Source: Raja brachyura
Lineage: Eukaryota
Assembly (NCBI GenBank): GCA_963514005.1
Contig: OY740804.1
Location: 5,642,001-5,706,000 of the forward strand
Length of the DNA stretch: 64,000 nt
Direction: 5' to 3'
Shown here: piece by piece, positions 59,968 to 64,000 of the stretch
Layout: every line of letters begins with the position of its first letter
Numbering within the stretch: position 1 is the first letter of the stretch
Made by a program: the position numbers and the translations under genes
The notes under the pieces: model-generated
What the model was told of the DNA's origin: nothing
Seen by the model: only the letters and a program-made list of their open reading frames with translations
Databases searched by the model: none

Positions 59968-61437
59968 AAGAAGGAACTGCAGATGCTGGAGAATCGAGGG
60001 TTACACAAAAAGCTGGAGAAACTTTTGTGTAAGCTGGATCAGGGAAACGAGAGATATAGACAGTGATGTGGAGAGATAAAGAACAATGAATGAAAGATAT
60101 GCAAAAAAGTATTGATTATAAAGGAAACAGGCCATTGTAAGCTGTTTGTAGTGTGAAAATGAGAAGCTAGTGCGACTTGGGGGGGGGGGGAGATAGAGAA
60201 GGAATGCCAGGGCCCGAGGGCTGAGGGAGAGGTGGGGAGGGGGAGGAGGCAGCCTGGGTTAACAGAATTGAGAAAATTCAATGTTTAAGCCCAGAGGATG
60301 CAGACTCCCCAAGCGGAATATGAGGTGCTGTTCCTCCAACTTGCGGTGTTGCTCACTCTGGCCGTGGAGGAGGCCCAGGACCGAGAGGTCGGATACGGAA
60401 TAGGAGGGGGAGTTGAAGTGCTGAGCCACCGGGAGGTCGGGTTGGGTATTGCGGACCGAGCGGAGGTTTTCGGCGAAACGATCGCCAAGCCTCCGCTTGG
60501 TCTCACCAATGTAAATCAGCTGGCATCTGGAGCAACGGATGCAGTAGATGAGGTTGGAGGAGGTTCAGGTGAACCTCTGTCGGACTTGGAAGGACTGCTT
60601 GGGTCCCTGAAAGGAGTGGATGGGGGAGGTGAAGGGACAAGTGTAGCATCTCTTGCGGTTGCAAGGGAAAGTGCCCGGGGAAGGGGTGGAGCGGGAGGGA
60701 AGGGAAGAATTGACAAGGGAGTTGCGGAGGGAGCGGTCTTTGCGGAAGGCAGACAGGGGGGGAGATGGGAAGATGTGGCGAGTGGAGGGGTCACGTTGGA
60801 GGTGGCGAAACTGGCGGAGGACTATCTGTTGTATGCGCCGGCTGGTGGGGTGAAAGGTGAGGACCAGGGGGACTCTGCCCTTGTTGTGAGTGGGGGAATG
60901 GGGAGAGAGGGCAGTGTTGCGGGGTATGGAGGAGACCCTGTTGCGAGCCTCATCTATAGTGGGGAAGTGGAAACCCCGTTCTCTGAAGAACGATGACATT
61001 TGTGATGACCTGGTGTGGAACACCTCATCCTGGGAGCAGGTGCGGCATAGACGGAGGAATTGGGAATAGGGGATGGAGTCCTTACAGGAAGCAGGGTGGG
61101 AGGAAGAGTAGTCCAGGTAGCTGTGGGAGTCAGTTGGTTTGTAGTGGATGTCGGTCAGGAGTGTATCACCTGCAATAGAGATTGTGAGGTCAAGGAATGT
61201 TAGGGAAATGTCGGAAATGGTCCAAGTGTATTTGAGTGCCGGATGGAAGTTGGTGGTGAAATGGATGAAGTCAGACAGTTTTGTGTGGGTGCAGGAGGTG
61301 ACACCAAAGCAGTCGTCAATGTAACGGGGGCAAAGGTCGGGGGTGGGACCCTGGTACGCCGAGAATAAAGATTGTTCGACGTGCCCGACAAAGAGGTAGG
61401 CGTAGCTAGGGCCCATGCGTGTGCCCATAGCTTGTTG
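59968..61437 (-). mobile_element. Penelope-like element (RT + GIY-YIG), 5' truncated
   Basis: AMGTRMGPSYA, RYIDD, FLDLTI, YKPTDSHSYLDY.SSHP, CNRKRCYTC. Confidence 0.92.
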
Positions 61438-61488
61438 AACTGCAAGTGAAAAGCAGTGACACTGACATTTATTTCCTTGTTCCAACAG

Positions 61489-61538
61489 GTCATGAATATT
61501 CTTGAGAAAAAATCGATAAGATCCAATTACTCAGCAAG
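61489..61538 (+). pseudogene. Gene C exon 4: short stalk with a nonsense codon at the conserved Cys (GHEYS*) and wrong exit phase
   Basis: actgacatttattt...caacag acceptor homologous to genes A and B; TGA at 61503-61505; AAG|gtaaac donor. Confidence 0.65.
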
Positions 61539-61663
61539 GTAAACCACAATTTTTCAAATGAAGTTACAACGTACTAATTGCTGGCGTTTTGATTGGGAAT
61601 CCATTATTCGGGAGAAATTTGTGCCTTCGGCAATAAATGCCGTGAGAGTATAGATTTGCATGC

Positions 61664-62015
61664 ACAGTGGCACAGCATGTAGAGCGACAGCCTCACCACG
61701 CCACGACGTATGTTCATTAGGTGAAGTCTCTGTGTGGTCTGCATGTTTTGCCTTTAATTATGTTGGTTTCATTTAAGTGCTCCAGTTTCCTCCCAGCTCC
61801 CAAAGATGTGCCAGTGGTAAATTACACCATGTGTGCAGGAGAGCGGTTGAATCTGTGAAGAGTGGGTGGGGCGGGGGAGGGAGGGTGTTGGACGGTAGTG
61901 GTAGTTGATGAGAAAGTAGGGGAAATAAAAATGGGATTTACACATGATCCGTGTGAATGTATTTGACTGTTGGCAAAGACCTGAAGGGCCAAATAGCCTG
62001 TTTCTACACTGTGTT
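61664..62015 (+). mobile_element. V-SINE (HE1-like), old
   Basis: acagtggcacagc head; gtgctccagtttcctccca core; gcctgtttctacactg tail. Confidence 0.6.
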
Positions 62016-63005
62016 TCTCTATGGGTCTGTGATCCAATGAAACCAAATATTGAAGCATAATAAAATTGTGTACGTTCAGCCATGATCACTTTGAATGGTA
62101 GTGCTGGCTCAAAGGGCTAAAAAGGCCTACCCCCGCGCCTATTGTTTATTGTCCATTGTTTCAAGCAGGACACCAAATATATATTTATCTCTTAAATATT
62201 CTTTAATAATATGTATATAACTTGAAAAACAGTTATTAGTTAACTTATCAGAAGCGGAATTGCACTGGGTTTACATCTCATTTTGTTGTGTACATGCTTG
62301 GATGATAAGAACAAGTTCCTCCATTTGCTGCTTTTCACATAGAGCTCCCTACGGTATTCACCATGACTTCTCCATCACTAACCCCACCCCATGCTGTGAG
62401 ATGAATATAGTTTCCAAGCCCAAATCTTTCACTTTAGGTTTGCTGTGACTTGCTCTGGTGTAGTGCTGATAGGAAAATGCATTATGAATTATGGGCTAAG
62501 ACATCCCTCTTGATATCACTTGTGGCAACACCTTGCCATTGATGGGGTCATGCACCAAAAAATCGCTGGTGCAAAATGTGAGAAAACAGTGTTGAATCAG
62601 ACGGAATACAGTGAACTGAGTTAACTGACGCTCTCTTACACATTGAACCTTGAAACCTCTCCCGTTGGGTTTCTCCAGTATTTTGTGTCTATCTACTCTG
62701 TATGCACTGAATTCCCTGCTTCATCTCATGACTTATTTCACTGTCTTCTCCGAATCCATATAACCGTGTAATCTCTCATTCCCAGCCTTGTAGTCATACT
62801 CCAGCAATAAGGTCAGTAAATGGTGATCATAAGTTGTCCCCCACACCGCCCCAGTGCGTTCTTTCTCCCAGCTGATCTCCATTGACTCTGCTGCTTCGCC
62901 CCGCTCCACTTCACCAAGATTATGAAGCAAATAACAGGTATATGTTTCAAAGATAAACCGTCTCGTTTTCTCCCATTGATTCTGTTTCTCTTGCTCTTTG
63001 CCCAG

Positions 63006-63096
63006 TTACATCTCATGGAAAGAGGGGCGCTGGCTGTTCTTTCTCCCGCTTGTGATCTGGAGTATCTCAACCGCGGTGTTTACAAGAGGCTCTAAG
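63006..63096 (+). pseudogene. Gene C exon 5: Arg-containing TM exon (YISWKEGRWLFFLPLVIWSISTAVFTRGSK)
   Basis: Paralog of 30596-30686, same length and AG|gtaggt donor. Confidence 0.82.
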
Positions 63097-63480
63097 GTAG
63101 GTTTTATTGTCATCGTGTTTATAAATTATAGGAGCAGAATTAGGCCATTCAGCATATCATATCTAATCCGCTCCAATCACGGCTGATCTGTCCTTCCCTC
63201 TAGATCCCATTCTCCTGCCTTCTCCCCACAACCAATGACATCCTATTTATCAAGAATATGAATATCTCCGCCTTAAAAATATAAATTCATGTGGATGGAT
63301 ACAAAATTGCTGGAGTCTCTCGGCGGAACAGGCTGCATCTCCTCTGCGATTTGGCTGGGCCTCCACAGCCTCCTGTGGCAATAAAATCCACACATCCAGA
63401 CAGCAGTGTGTTGGGAGTGGTCGGTTCAAATAAAGCGTCGTTCCCACTGTCAGTGAGTCTGATCACATTGTCTTTTGCAG

Positions 63481-63528
63481 AAACGCGATGAATCACAACC
63501 TTGCCACTCGACACACCAATTACAATGA
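63481..63528 (+). pseudogene. Gene C exon 6: short tail KRDESQPCHSTHQLQ*
   Basis: cttttgcag acceptor; paralog of 30977-31024. Confidence 0.72.
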
Positions 63529-64000
63529 AGACACCTAGCTTGCACCACCTTATTGGTGACTAGCTTTGTCACCTATTCCAAGGTTTCTTTCGTCAGCTTC
63601 GAATTATTGATTTAACGTCTGCTTGGTTTCTGCTGCTCCAGAGTCATATTCTCTGTTAAACTATATTATATGCATTCGACTTCCTGGGGAAAAAAGTTTT
63701 TTCACAGATTAATGAATAATAATGCAACCGAACGCTTCTTAATCAATGGTTGTTGTCAATAAATGGTTTATCTAATTTGTTTTGTTTAGATTGCAACTTT
63801 AGTAATGAAGAACAGACTGCAATCAGAATGCTGGATAATCCTCGTGTTGCCAAATATTAAAAACGTTTAGGAAAGGCATTCAAATAATCTTTCAGACCAT
63901 GCCATCCCACAGAACAAAATTATGCAACGACATTGTTCTAACTATTAGCCTTATTTTTCTCTCCACAGACGCTGACTGACGCGCTAAGCACATCCAACAT

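Noticed and set aside
60298-60996. 232-aa + strand ORF
   Set aside because: Antisense shadow of the Penelope RT/GIY-YIG region.
62343-62437. Candidate stalk exon for gene C
   Set aside because: Stop codon in the required phase and no EY..C motif; 61489-61538 has the family acceptor context and motif.
63790-63870. Possible terminal exon of gene C after tttgtttag
   Set aside because: 63481-63528 matches the gene A terminal exon in sequence, length and stop position, so it is the better candidate.

Overview
Eukaryotic vertebrate genomic DNA, most likely a cartilaginous fish (skate/ray-type repeats: HE1/V-SINEs, CR1, Penelope, DIRS, L1). The core is a tandem + strand cluster of CD300/pIgR-like Ig-superfamily receptor genes with a leader-V-C2-stalk-TM-tail layout, resembling the MDIR receptors described from skate. 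Gene A (24538-31024) is intact, 305 aa, with an Arg in the TM and a short tail (activating type). Gene B (32873-47538) is open, 335 aa, with a neutral TM, but its tail stops just before an out-of-frame ITIM. Gene C (53179-63528) is an activating-type pseudogene that carries an inverted, decayed multi-ITIM exon in an intron. Two further orphan promoter+leader units lie upstream, at 12208 (+) and 922 (-, micro-inverted, start codon lost). The cluster also holds a full-length intact L1 nested in an older L1, a near-complete CR1, a DIRS retrotransposon, a non-autonomous hAT and a Helitron, and many Penelope fragments carrying hammerhead-ribozyme cores. All gene models were assembled by eye from splice signals, exon phase and paralog alignment. 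There is no expression evidence.
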